Below are positions 1-12,388 of a stretch of DNA of 64,000 bases, one piece after another. Source of the DNA: Macrostomum lignano (lineage: Eukaryota); the NCBI GenBank assembly GCA_002269645.1, contig NIVC01000094.1:868001-932000 (forward strand). Direction: 5' to 3'. Position 1 is the first letter of the stretch. Every line of letters begins with the position of its first letter. The notes under the pieces were generated by a model. It saw only the letters and a program-made list of their open reading frames with translations. It ran no database searches and had not been told where the DNA came from. Both the position numbers and the translations under genes were made by a program.

Positions 1-256
1 GGCCTTCTGTTGTACCTTGATCTCCTGCGGGTGGAACTCGCGGACAAGAATCTCTGCCCGGAACATCTTGTCGCTGCTGACAGCTCGCTGCTCACCGTCT
101 GTAGCGCGAGCCGTCACTAGGCAGTTCAGTGGCTGAATTCCCGGGCCGCGGACCAGAGTGCGAACGTCGTCCCAGCTGAGGTCCTGCTGGCTGCAGCTGC
201 TCATCGTGTCCTCGCCGCCGAGACCCATCGCTGCAGCTTCTGAGTAGCCTCGCTGG

Positions 257-287
<31 letters not shown>

Positions 288-1231
288 AGGACTGCAGCAG
301 TGGAGCCTTCACGACCAGTGCGCCCTCCATAGTTAGAATGGTAGACACCTTCTCGCTGTCCACCTCGGCCGGGATGGTCAGCGTCCTGCGCACCTCATTA
401 AGATCTTCACCCTCCTCGCGACGCGCTCGGATGCGCAGCTTGTCCGCGTCACATTTGACGACGATCTCCTCCGGACGGAAGCCGACCAGATCGATGGCTG
501 TGGTCCAGCTCTTCAGATGCGGAGACTCAGTCTTCACGGCTCCGCTGGCTGAGCTGACTGTTGAAGCTGACGGCTGGGCTGCTGTGGCTGCTGAGGCTGT
601 TGAAGCCGAGGCTGGCGTTGTGGCAGCGGTTCCGCCTGCGGACGTCGTTGCAACAGAGTCTGAGGCTCGAGAGTACCAGCTGTGCGAAGCTCCGGAGGCC
701 TGCGCGGAAAACATATTTTACTTTTATAAATAAATGAGTATTTATGCAACAGGGTTGTGAGTAGCCTCTACCAACGCCTTCGGCGACATCTTTTCACAAC
801 CAGCGCTGAGGCGATTCTGCCAATTCCACCGACTCCTGAGCATGCACACGCGAAGAGATACCGTAGGCACTCCACTCACACAGGGTGTACAGTGGCCTTG
901 TCCCTGGCTGCGGGTCAACTGCTGCCTTGTGAACTAATTGCTGACTGACCCTCCATACCCCCATCCTGCATGTGGACATCCCTTACCCCAACGGGCTGGC
1001 CGGAGACCGCACAAAGTCCGAAGCAGCGGAGCCGTCCTGCTGGTGCTGCTGGTACCGCCGCCGTCTCAGCCGGTCCAGCGGTCGACGATCGTCGAACAGG
1101 CTGCCACCGGTGCCCCGGCGACCGGAGTTGAAGAACTCATCCACGTCAAAGTCGTCAAATAGCGAGCGAAACGGCCAATCAGATGAACTGGAGAATGGCC
1201 GGAACACGTTGCCAGGCGTCATCCACGACAT
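1..1231 (-). CDS. Small heat-shock protein (HSP20 family) with two alpha-crystallin domains, p40/Tsp36-like; 3' end runs off the window. Exons ~1231-987 and 699-1
   Basis: Manual translation of the minus frame ending at base 1 (absent from the ORF track) gives WTTAIDLVGFRPEEIVVKCDADKLRIRARREEGEDLNEVRRTLTIPAEVDSEKVSTILTMEGALVVKAP (ACD1), then DKMFRAEILVREFHPQEIKVQQKA (start of ACD2). Exon 1 encodes a WPFRSLFDDFDVDEFF N-terminal motif. Donor GTAAGG at 986, acceptor AG at 701-700. One frameshift is needed to join the exons. Confidence 0.8.
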
Positions 1232-1576
1232 CGTTGCTATAAGTTCGGCCGAATTCGCTTCTATATGCCTGCTTGAAGTTTTGCTGCGCGTTTCGCGTCT
1301 TGCCATTCTGATCCCTCTCCACTGGCTTTTATCGTAAACACTTTCGCTTTCCTTCCCGTCCAGCCTCCGTCGTCATCTGCCACCCCCCGGTTTCCTCCGT
1401 TTGCTCGTCCGGCACTGCACAAGCTGCTGCATCCGGCAATTCGAGCCAGCCTCTCCCAAAGGGCCAGGTAGGCTTTTATCGATCCGAGCCTGCGCAGCCT
1501 TGGAAGGCTAATGCAGGCGGTGTGCAAATTTGACCTGCCAAAAGTAGGAGCCGCCGCGCCGTATTTCTTGCCTTTG

Positions 1577-1596
1577 GGAAACTTCGGGAAACTTCT
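1577..1596. promoter_or_regulatory. Heat-shock element, four alternating nGAAn units
   Basis: gGAAacTTCggGAAacTTCt is a perfect HSE consensus, ~350 bp upstream of the sHSP start codon. Confidence 0.75.
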
Positions 1597-2504
1597 TGGC
1601 TGCAGGGGCCAATGCAGCTTTCCAGTTTCTCTGAATTTTTTGCCCATTTGATCCACCTTTTATCGTAGAAAATATTGGATTAAGTTGTAAACTTCACTAA
1701 TAACTGATCCTGCTGAATATTCGTGATTTTCCCAGTCAATTTTTGAATACTGTGTCGCTGAAGTGATACTTTGTTTGCTAATTTTCCTACGCATGGAAGA
1801 CACTAAACAGGTGTCAATTCAGAGCAAAGTCAAAGTTCGATATATTTGATATTAATGCATTTCAATGAAGGGCAAACCCGATTTGGGCAGAATTTTCCCT
1901 GAATGCATCACCACCACCCTGCATTCATGATGATGGATCCAAAATCTAAAATATGGATCGAGAGTCGATGGATCGAGAGTCAATGGATCGAGAGTCAATG
2001 TTTTTGAATTGAATATTGCCAGCCATGTCTCTGCTGCAGCACCCAAAACCTCCTCTGCAGCCGACCCTGCAGCTCGTATTCGGGCCCCCGAGGCCCATCA
2101 TGCCTGCTTCTCTCACAACTCATACGTGTAGAGTATAATTTCATGTTTTAAGATTGGGTTCAGCTGGAATCAATCAAATAGCTTTGAAAAGTGGTCTCTG
2201 TGACTCTTTGTTTTATCGCAAATTTTTGTTATAAATTTAGTGTCTTTACAATTTTTATCACGTGATATTGCCATTGCCACCAAGGAGGCTTTTCATATTA
2301 CCAATTCCAGAACCAGAATCCACCCAGAATCGGTTCGGATTTCCAAGAAAAAAAGCAGTATAACTATTTAACTTTGTTGAATGTTTGACTGCCTTAACAG
2401 CCTCACTTTGCACAATTTTTCACTTTCTTCTTGGCTTTTGCCATTCAATAATCACAATTTTAAAGCACTAATATCCCTCTAGTTTAGGAGACAAAAGGTT
2501 ATAC

Positions 2505-2668
2505 CAGGGACTACTCAACATCGGGACGGGAAACTAGGCAAATCATGGCGAAGTTTTTACGAGGCTGGTTAAATCTATGGCCGCGCCAATGCAGCAGTAG
2601 CTATTTCAATATTTCAATAAATCTTCAATGAATTTTATATTTTATATTTTATGTTTGAGTAGTCCCTG
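2505..2668. mobile_element. hAT-type MITE (164 bp)
   Basis: TIRs CAGGGACTACTCAA / TTGAGTAGTCCCTG, flanked by an 8-bp TSD with one mismatch (GGTTATAC / AGTTATAC). Confidence 0.75.
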
Positions 2669-2705
2669 AGTTATACTTTACAAAATGGTTCTGGTTCTAA
2701 GAGCC

Positions 2706-3409
2706 TCAAGGACGACTTAAGTAGAAGGACGGGAAACCTCGTTTCTTAGAAAATTTTAGAAGGCAGGTTTTCCCGAAAAAGTACACTACGGAGATAGGAA
2801 ATTTTCATTTTTCAGCACAAAAATTGTTATTGCTTTTGATAGGAAGCAGATCCAGTGTTCATTTTTGATATGTTGTGCCTTGCTTATTGCTCTATCGATA
2901 TTAATAAAGCTCTCCGTTTAAAAATTAGGATTCTATGTTAATTTTTTATTCTACGTATATTTGCGCATGTCTTGTGCCTAAAAACCATTAGAATAGCACG
3001 GCTCAGCTCTTTGGTTTTATGAGTCTATTTTATCATTTTTAGCTGATTGTGTAACAAATAGGCGTAGCACAAATGATAAAATAGATTCATAAAACCAAAG
3101 ATTTAGAGCTGTCCAAATTATTATTTTTTTAGGTACAGTAAATGTACATAGAATAAAAAATGAACATTTAATTCTTATTGCTCTATCGTCATCGATATTT
3201 ATAAAGCTTTTTGTTCAAAGAAGTAGGATTATAAGGCACAACATATCAAAAGATTAACACTGGAACTGCCTCCTATCAAAAGCAATAACAATTTTTGTGC
3301 AAAAAAAATGAAAACTTCCTATCTCCATAGTGTTTTTTTCGGGAAAACCTGCCTTCTAAAATTTTCTAAGAAACGAGGTTTCCCATCCTTCTACTTAAGT
3401 CGTCCTTGA
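2706..3409. mobile_element. Foldback/MITE-like element, an almost entirely imperfect palindrome
   Basis: TCAAGGACGACTTAAGTAGAAGGA at 2706 is the reverse complement of TCCTTCTACTTAAGTCGTCCTTGA ending at 3409. Inverted similarity continues inward for roughly 330 bp per arm. No clear TSD. Confidence 0.75.
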
Positions 3410-3429
3410 TTGCCACATTATGCCATTGC

Positions 3430-3805
3430 CACTTTTAGTGCCACAGGCACTCATTTTGGCACCGCAGGCACTCATTTTGGCGCCACAGGCACTCATTTTG
3501 GCGCCACAGGCACTCATTTTGGCGCTGCAGGCACTCATTTGGGAGCCGCAAGCACTCATTTTGGTGCCGTAGATACTCATTTTGGCGCTGCAGGCACTCA
3601 TTTGGGAGCCGCAAGCACTCATTTTGGTGCCGTAGATACTCATTTTGGCACCGCAGGCACTCATTTTGGCGCCACAGGCACTCATTTTGGCGCCACAGGC
3701 ACTCATTTTGGCGCCACAGGCACTCATTTTGGCGCCACAGGCACTCATTTTGGCGCTGCAGGCACTCATTTGGGAGCCGCAGGCACTCATTTTAGCGCTG
3801 CAGGC
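3430..3805. repeat. 21-bp minisatellite (GGCACTCATTTTGGCGCCACA)n
   Basis: About 17 direct tandem units. Confidence 0.95.
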
Positions 3806-4159
3806 ACACAATTGCCTCATGGTTTTTGGTACCTGCCATGCCCAATCCCACCCCCTAGGTGATTGGGGAGGGGGCTGCAACCTGGCTATACCACTGTATA
3901 TTATAACTAACTATAACAAAGTCTATTAACATTTGTAACAGGCCTTTTGGCTCTCTCTATAAATCCCTACCGTTGAGACACCAAAGTTGTAACAGGGGGG
4001 ATGCTTCCTTCTTAATAATATCCCACTGCTGTTACCAAAAGCTGTCCCAGGGCTCTTAATTATTCTTTTGTTTAGCTTTACTCGCTGCCACCAAAGTTGT
4101 TGCAGGCCTGTTAATTCTGTCTTTCTACTTAATGTACTTTTTGCATAAATGTACTACTA

Positions 4160-4272
4160 ATATTGGTAGCATCTACTTATCTACTTATATTGGTAGCATC
4201 TACTTATCTACTTATATTGGTAGCGTCTACTTATCTAATTATATTGGTAGCGTCTACTTATCTAATGGTAGC
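4160..4272. repeat. 27-bp tandem repeat, ~4 copies
   Basis: ATATTGGTAGCATCTACTTATCTACTT repeated. Confidence 0.85.
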
Positions 4273-6915
4273 AGTTGTACATGTACTGTACCTTTTGCCT
4301 GAGCGGTCTATTGGCACTGTCTACTCTTATATCTCTCAGTCCTGGCGTTCCCGGGATCAGAGGGTCACAGCTTTATATTTTCCCTGCCCTGAGGCGACTT
4401 TCCCTCGCTATGAAGCGGTTCTTCTGCCCTGAGGCGAATTCACTATTTTCCAACGTTTTCCTGCCCTGAGGCGATTCTCGCTTTTTAGCGGATCTTAATA
4501 CTTCTCCCGATTTGGGGCTTCTACTCTAAGAAATGATTAAGTCTTTAAGTGATTTCAATATTTAGAACGAACTAAGTTTGCTTATTGAAAACCGAGAGGC
4601 AGCAAACGGTCACGATTTATTTTTCCTGGCAGTAACAGTAACAGTAATAAGTATTCGGCGCCTCAGCCATTGAATAGGCTCTTACGCCACTAGATATAAA
4701 TTGATTCCAGGTTGGGAGTGTACTTATGTACACTGAGACCTAAGAGGACTGTACAAAGGGCAATTGACAAATCAAAAACCTCCCCGGGGGACAGTGACAG
4801 CGGAACGACATACCAGTCAGGAAGCCCGTGTCCAAAAAACCAGTTTGGATAGACCCTTGCCTAATTGGGGTTGGCCCGAAGGCCGAGAGCCATGGCTACC
4901 ATGCTGGGGCCGACCACCCACCACCCCGGGTACACAAGCCAACGTACATAAACCTCCCCGAGGCTAGAGGGGGATGAGTGAACCATTCAGGGAAGCCCGT
5001 GCCTTCTCCAGGGTTAGAAAATGCCACAAAAACCGGTCGTGTGACCGCCCCCACGGCCGTGGCTACCCCGAGGAGCCTCCCTAAGTAAACCCCGGGTACT
5101 CTTGCCAGACAGTCTCTTATCTTTGAAGCGGCAGAAGGGCTAATCGCCGGGACTATTTCACCCTTTGCTTCGCCAACCCGCCATTTCTATAGTGACCGTG
5201 CCAACGGTCTCGTCCTGCTCAGACTCAGTCCTGGTTCTGGCACACTCCAGCTTTAATAGGGTCGCTGGCTGTACGCTCAGAGGGCACTCCGAGGGGGACC
5301 GTCAGAGCACCAACTGGTACAGGTATAGGCCTGCCTTCCTATACAGCTACCCACAGCCTTTCCTGATCCACTATTACCCTCCAACCCAGCCTACTCACTC
5401 ATTACAAGCTTTCAGCCAGGCAGAGACAAGTTTCACAGGGGTACTGCGGTTAGGCGCCTCTATGCGAGACAAAACCATTTTTGTTCCTTTTGATTTATTT
5501 TTCCTGGCCCAAACTGGGCTCCTATTTATACTATGAATTGGCGTAATTTTAACAAAATAATAATTCCCAAAAATATTTTTACAGATCACAACGTTTAAAC
5601 AAAATATTTAGTTTTCGTGCGAATTTGAACAAAAGCTTTTCAAAGAAATACAGTATTCGTGCATAAAAATAGTTATCACTTCAGTACTTCTTAGGCACTA
5701 TATCACATTGCTTATTTCATATCTTACTATTTACATTTATCTATTTTCATTGTATTGTAATGGATGTCACATTGACATTAGATGTACTTCTTTCTTTTGC
5801 AATGATTCTATTATCCACTCTAAATTATTTTCCTAAGATAAGCTCAGTCTTATTGATCAAGTTTTATACATAATACCTTTGGCTTTTTGGTCATATTAAA
5901 TATCATTATTATTATTTTATTAATTACTAAGCCTACTCTGGGTTCATTTTTGTGTGCAAAGTGTACATATACACTACACCCTCAATTTTAAAATTGCACC
6001 CTGAAATTGATTGTAGTGCAGTTTACATGCAATCTTATTAACCTATTTTCCATTCCATTGAAGCCTCATTTGCATTGCTTTAAAATAAGAAAAAAGAGAA
6101 TTACACTTTGACCCTTAAAATTGCACTATGAAAATGAGCATATAGTGCAATTTTGCACCTTGTCTCTGGCAAAAAAGAAAACTCTAAGTCTACTAATCCT
6201 AGGATTCCTAACTAAGTCTAATGTCAATGTCATGACACTAATAAATATGTAAATATTCTATAGTATGCTCATATATATTATACAATATAACTCATTTATT
6301 TAGATTTATTTATTTTAAATTTAAACTAACTTATAGCCGTTATAGGGCAAAGGTGTTTTTAAAGCTCAACTCAATGTCAAAGTACATATACAAACTATCA
6401 AATTTTTACCTTGTGTTAATATATTAATATTATTTGTTTAAAAGCTAGGCCTACAAATGACAATATACAAGCATTAGGGATAAAAGCAATAATTATATAT
6501 TAATAATTAATTATGTTTATATTTAGCTTCATTTTTGGCCAATTTCAATTGGCAAAGCAAACCTATCAAAAGGACCTTACTTTTGGCAAAATGAATATAT
6601 AAAAAAGCTTGTGTTTAATTTAATATGGTTTTGTTTATGTTATCAACCAAGGCTAATCCTAGTATAATAGAATTGTATATTTTAATTTATTAAAAATTAA
6701 TCTATTAAAAATAATATAATTTTTTGTTAAAAATTCAAGACTGCTTCAAAAGTTACCATAGGAATAGTATATCAAAATTAAACAATGCTTTCTATTTTTA
6801 TTGATTATTATAATATTATATATATATAATCTCAAAAGCTTAATTTTGTTTTTGTCTTCTTTTTGCTGTTGTTTTGCCTTGTATTATCATTTCAAAAAAG
6901 CAAAAAGAACATCCT

Positions 6916-7823
6916 ATGTTTGCTGCCAGCCTTCATCAGTTAAGAAGAGCTTCAAAATTATTTGTTCCAATGGCTTCAAAAGCATCTCAATCTGGCTTTA
7001 AATTTGATGCATCTATTGCTATTCCAAAACAAATTTTGACTTTTTTTAGTCTTGGACTTTGAAGCAACATGCCAAGAGGGTCCTAAAATCTTTCCTCAAG
7101 AGATTATTGAATTTCCTGTGCTCAAGGTGAATGCACACACTTGCTACTGAGGCCACGTTTCACAAGTGCAGCCCAGGGTGACAAAGAGCCACTACTGCAC
7201 TAAGGTATTATCATTGCTTTCATTGCATCATCAGCCAATAGAGAAATCACTGCAATGACATTCCATCTATTTTTTATTAGCTTACTGCATCATTCAAGAG
7301 ATGGTAGACAATCAGCCACATTTGCTTCAGCTTTTTTTTTCACCTTTAACTATAAAGCATATAATCAATTGGTTTTTACATATTGCAGGACTTTCAAACT
7401 GGATGCAACAGGAAGGCCTGTTAGACAAAGCACTGCATCAGCATTTGTCACTTGCATGGGATCTCTGTGATGTGGGTGAACTTCTTTTTCTATTCTTGCC
7501 AAACTTCAAACCCGATTCTCTTCCCCTGACCACCTACCCCATGGCTGATTCACTGCCCCTGACCGCCCATTCCCGATTCTCTGCCCTGATCCCCCACCCC
7601 ACCCCCGATTCTCTGTCCCTGGTCCCCCACCCCACAATCAGCCACATTTGGAAGAGGTGCTTCAGGTGAGAGATTTTTTTTCACCTTTAACTAGATAAAG
7701 TATATAATCAATTGGTTTTTACATATTGCAGGACTTTCACAACTGGATGCAACAGGAAGGCCTGTTAGACCAAAGCACTGCATCAGCATTTGTCACTTGC
7801 GGCGACTGGGATCTCAATGTGAT
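6916..7823 (+). pseudogene. ERI3: ERI3-like DEDDh 3'-5' exoribonuclease; frameshifted, partly duplicated, C-terminus missing
   Basis: Segments translate to LVLDFEATCQEGPKIFPQEIIEFPVLKVN, QEMVDNQPHLEEVLQ and DFHNWMQQEGLLDQSTASAFVTCGDWDLNVM, matching ERI3 as I recall it (VLDFEATC..PQEIIEFP, WMAKEGLLD..FVTCGDWDL). GT-AG introns are present. There are several frameshifts, and no H-x-G-x-D-D exon was found downstream. Confidence 0.75.
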
Positions 7824-7864
7824 GTGGGTGAACTTCTCTTTCTTCTTTCTTGCCAAACTTCAAA

Positions 7865-8390
7865 ACCCCGATTCTCTTCCCTGACCACCTACCCCATCCT
7901 GATTCACTGCCCTGACCGCCACCCCACTCCGATTCTCTGCCCTGATCCCCCACCCCACCCCGATTCTCTGTCCCTGATCCCCCACCCCACCCCCGATTCT
8001 CTGCCCCTGACCGCCCACCCACTCCCGATTTCTCTGCCCCTGATCCCCACCCCACCCCCGATTCTCTGTCCCTGATCCCCCCACCCCACCCCCGATTCTC
8101 TGCCCCTGACCGCCCACCCACTCCCGATTCTCTGCCCTGATCCCACCCCACCCCGATTCTCTGCCCTGACCGCCCCCCCACCCCCGATTCTCTGCCCTGA
8201 CCGCCCACCCACTCTCGATTATCTGCCCTGACCGCCACACCCACTCCCGATTCTCTGCCCCTGATCCCCCACCCACCCCGATTCTCTGCCCTGACCGCCC
8301 ACCCACCCCCGATTCTCTGCCCTGATCCCCCACACCACCCCGATTCTCTGCCCCTGACCGCCACCCACTCCCGATTTCTGCCCCTGATCC
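7865..8390. repeat. ~29-bp C-rich minisatellite (CCCGATTCTCTGCCCTGACCGCCCACCCA-like); shorter copy at 7505-7634
   Basis: Direct tandem units, visible as periodic ORFs. Confidence 0.9.
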
Positions 8391-8622
8391 AAAAGTGTGT
8401 ACATATTTTTTGATTAAAATAAAAAGTCCAAGCTCTTTGCTTTCCAAACTGAATCGGATTGTTTAGTTTAGCTAATTGAATAAGCAATAGTTCTGAGTTG
8501 AATTCATAAAGTATGAAAGTGCAGTAGAAGTTGATTCGGTACAAAAATATTAGTCAGCTGCTGTACGGGTGAAAGTAATATTAAATGCTGGCACACAGGT
8601 CAAAGGAGGCATTTGCGCTCCC

Positions 8623-10488
8623 TCAGCTTAACTGCAAGAAATTCACTTCGCTCAGGCTAACGGCGTGTACAGTTGATGAAGAGCGGCGGCCGGGACTGGA
8701 TCCAGCTTCCTCCTCATCCTTCATGTCTGCATTTGCATCCCCATCTTGACTGGGACTCAGAGGATTTGTTACTTGATTTGGAGAATCCACGGGACTGTCG
8801 GGTTTCCACTTTGGGAACACGTGATCGACAATGTCCATCAGCGCTCTGTAGCTGGGGGCCCATCCGCAGCCGTCCATCTGGTAGCACCGCCGCGGAGCAG
8901 CTCGCCGCGCGAATTGACGGTGAAGCAGCGCTCCAGCGGGATGCCGACCTTCGCGTAGGTGTCGGCGTCCGTCGGACGGTTGCCGAAGCCCGCCCAGAAC
9001 GGGCCGCCGATTTTGTGCGCGCGTCTGGAACAACGCGCGAATGTCGCGCAGGCAGGGGATCTGGCAGGGTGGATTTGGGAGTGGATAAGTTCTTCACAAC
9101 TGACACGTGATTTACCAGTACCTGGATTGCATTCAATTAATTTACAACCTAAATCTCCGTTCCAATAATAACTTAAGTGGATGGGAAACCTCGTTTCTTA
9201 GAAAACAGTTTGCCAGTTTTCATTTTGCGGCACCAAAAATTGCGATAAAGTTATGCCGTTAATCGTGGCTGCAGTCCTGGTACTAGTAGTACAAACCATA
9301 CACTAACCTTGAAATCTTGCGGCCGCGCGCGATCACCTCCCTGTGTAGGGCGGCCAGCAGGGAATCTGGTGAGAGCAACACTGGGCCGCCCGGCAGTCCG
9401 GCTCCCTCCTGGCTGATGCGGTCCAGAAACCTCCTGGTGGCCTCGGACTGCCCGAGTCCCCGTGAGGACAGGTAGAGGAACCTGTAGCCGTTGCGCCCAC
9501 CGCGGAGAACAGGCTGGTCACCGTGGGCTGAATCCAGTCCTGGCCCACTATGGGCAGCAGCTGCCGAGCAGATCCGACCGCGTGATGGTGCCGTCAATGT
9601 CGGACACAACTATCCGATCGTCGTGACGCCACAGGTGCACCTCGCACAGGCAGCTGGCCGTGCCCTGGTACTTTGTAGTCACGTCGTAGCGAAGCTTGTT
9701 GACGCGGTTGGAGGTGCACAGCCGCAGCTGGTCCGAGCTGAGTCGGATACTCATGTCCCTGCTTTTGCTGGCCGGGCTAATTAACAAATTTGGTTAAAAA
9801 TTGGGCTTTTTGAGTTCTAGTGAAATTCACTTTACCTGCAGCACATATTCATATTTCAGAGGAAATTTCGGACAATTAGAGGTTTCAGTGGAGGGCAATT
9901 AGCTAGAGGTGTCAGTGGAGGGCAATTAGCTAGAGGTTCAGTGGAGGGCAATTTGCCAGGGGTGTCAGTGGAGGGCAATTAGCCAGGGGTGTCAGTGGAG
10001 GGCAATTAGCTAGGGGTGTCAGTGAGCCACTCACCGCCGTCGCCTTCACTGGAGGCCAGCGACGAACTCGACGCCGTAGTTTTCAGTCGCATCGACAAAG
10101 CCGACGACGAGGCTGCGGCGGAAGCGGCAGCGTCCGACGCCGCAGCGGAGGACTTCTTTGGCAGGTGGCCCAGCGCCAGACGGACCACTTTGAGCTGACC
10201 GAGTTGGCGGCTCCTTCGCTTGCCGACGTCTCCGGCTCGCTGAGGTGGCCGGAATCGATCTGCTGGTCTGATACGGCGGCCTCGGCCGGAACGTCCACCC
10301 AGTCGTCGAATCCGGCGCCCACAGCCGCCTGATGCGGCGGAAGCGGCAGCGGCTCGCCGCAGAAAATCACTTCGCCTGCGGGACCAGCCGGGCCGCGAGT
10401 CCGGTGACTGGCGACTCGTTGACGAAAATTTCCACCTTTGCAGTTTGGGAAGGGGTGGGGAGGCGCGTTGTGGGAGGAAGCACAGGAA

Positions 10489-10528
<40 letters not shown>

Positions 10529-12351
10529 GCGAATTGACGGTGAAGCAGCGCTCCAGCGGGATGCCGACCTTCGCGTAGGTGTCGGCGTCCGTCGGACGGT
10601 TGCCGAAGCCCGCCAGAACGGGCCCCGACTTTGTGCGCGGTCTGGAACAGCGCGCGAATGTCGCGCAGGCAGGGGATCTGGCAGGGTGGATTTGGGAGTG
10701 GATAAGTTCTTCACAACTGACACGTGATTTACCAGTACCTGGATTGCATTCAATTAAATTTACAACCTAAATCTCCGTTCCAATGATAACTTAAGTGGAT
10801 GGGAAACCTCGTTTCTTAGAAAACAGTTTTGCCAGTTTTCATTTTGCGGCACCAAAAATTGCGATAAAGTTATGCCGTTAATCGTGGCTGCAGTCCTGGT
10901 ACTAGTAGTTACAAACCATACACTAACCTTGAAATCTTGCGGCCGCCGCGCGATCACCTCCCTGTGTAGGGCGGCCAGCAGGGAATCTGGTGAGAGCAAC
11001 ACGGGGCCGCCCGGCAGTCCGGCTCCCTCCTGGCTGATGCGGTCCAGAAACCTCCTGGTGGCCTCGGACTGCCCGAGTCCCGTGAGGACAGGTAGAGGAA
11101 CCTGTAGCCGTTGCGCCACCCGCGGAGAACAGGCTGGTCACCGTGGGCTGAATCCAGTCCTGGCCCACTATGGGCAGCAGCTGGCGAGCAGGTCCGACCG
11201 CGTGATGGTGCCGTCAATGTCGGACACAACTATCCGATCGTCGTGACGGCCACAGGTGCACCTCGCACAGCAGCTGGCCGTGCCCTGGTACTTTGTAGTC
11301 ACGTCGTAGCGAAGGCTTGTTGACGCCCGGTTGGAGGTGCAGCAGCCGCAGCTGTGGTCCGAGCTGAGTCGGATACTCATGTCCCTGCCGGCCGGGGGGG
11401 GCTAATTAACAAATTTGGTAAAAAATTGGGCTTTTTGAGTTCTAGTGAAATTCACTTTACCTGCAGCACATTCATATTTCAGAGGAAATTTCGGACAACT
11501 AGAGGTGTCAGTGGAGGGCAATTAGCTAGGGGTGTCAGTGGAGGGCAATTAGCCAGGGGTGTCAGTGGAGGGCAATTAGCTAGGGGTGTCAGTGGAGGGC
11601 AATTAGCCAGGGGTGTCAGTGGAGGGCAATTAGCTAGGGGTGTCAGTGGAGGGCAATTAGCTAGGGGTGTCAGTGGAGGGCAATTAGCCAGGGGTGTCAG
11701 TGAGCCACTCACCGCCGTCGCCTTCACTGGAGGCCAGCGACGAACTCGACGCCGTAGTTTCCAGTCGCGTCGACAAAGCCGACGATGAGGCTGCGGCGGA
11801 AGCGGCAGCGGCCGACGCCGCAGCGGAGGACTTCTTTGGCAGGTGGCCCCAGCGCCAGACGGACCACTTCGAGCTGACTGAGTTGGCGGCTCCTTCGCTT
11901 GCCGACGTCTCCGGCTCGCTGAGGTGGCCGGAATCGATCTGCTGGTCTGATACGGCGGCCTCGGCCGGAACGTCCACCCAGTCGTCGAATCCGGCGCCCA
12001 CAGCCGCCTGATGCGGCGGAAGCGGCAGCGGCTCGCGGCAGAAAATCACTTCGCCTGCGGGACCCAGCCGGGCCGCGAGTCCGGTGACTGGCGACTCGTT
12101 GACGAAAATTTCCACCTTTGCAGTTTGGGAATTGGGGTGGGGACAGGCGCGTTGTGGGAGGAAGTACAGGAAGTCTTTCTGTCTGTCTGTCTGTCCGTCT
12201 GTCTGTCTGTCTGTCTGTCTTTCTGTCTGTCTGTCTGTCTGTCTGTCTGGCTGTCTGTCTGGCTGTCTGTCTGTCTGTATGTCTGTCTGTCTGTCTGGCT
12301 GTCTGTCTGTCTGTCTGTCTGGCTGTCTGTCTGTCTGGCTGTCTGTCTGGC

Positions 12352-12388
<37 letters not shown>

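Noticed and set aside
338-733. Plus-strand 131-aa ORF and similar antisense ORFs over lipin, ATR and TOX exons
   Set aside because: These are shadow ORFs opposite GC-rich coding exons.
2298-2698. Short inverted repeat AGAACCAGAA / TTCTGGTTCT enclosing the hAT MITE
   Set aside because: Only ~10 bp with no TSD; insufficient to call an element.
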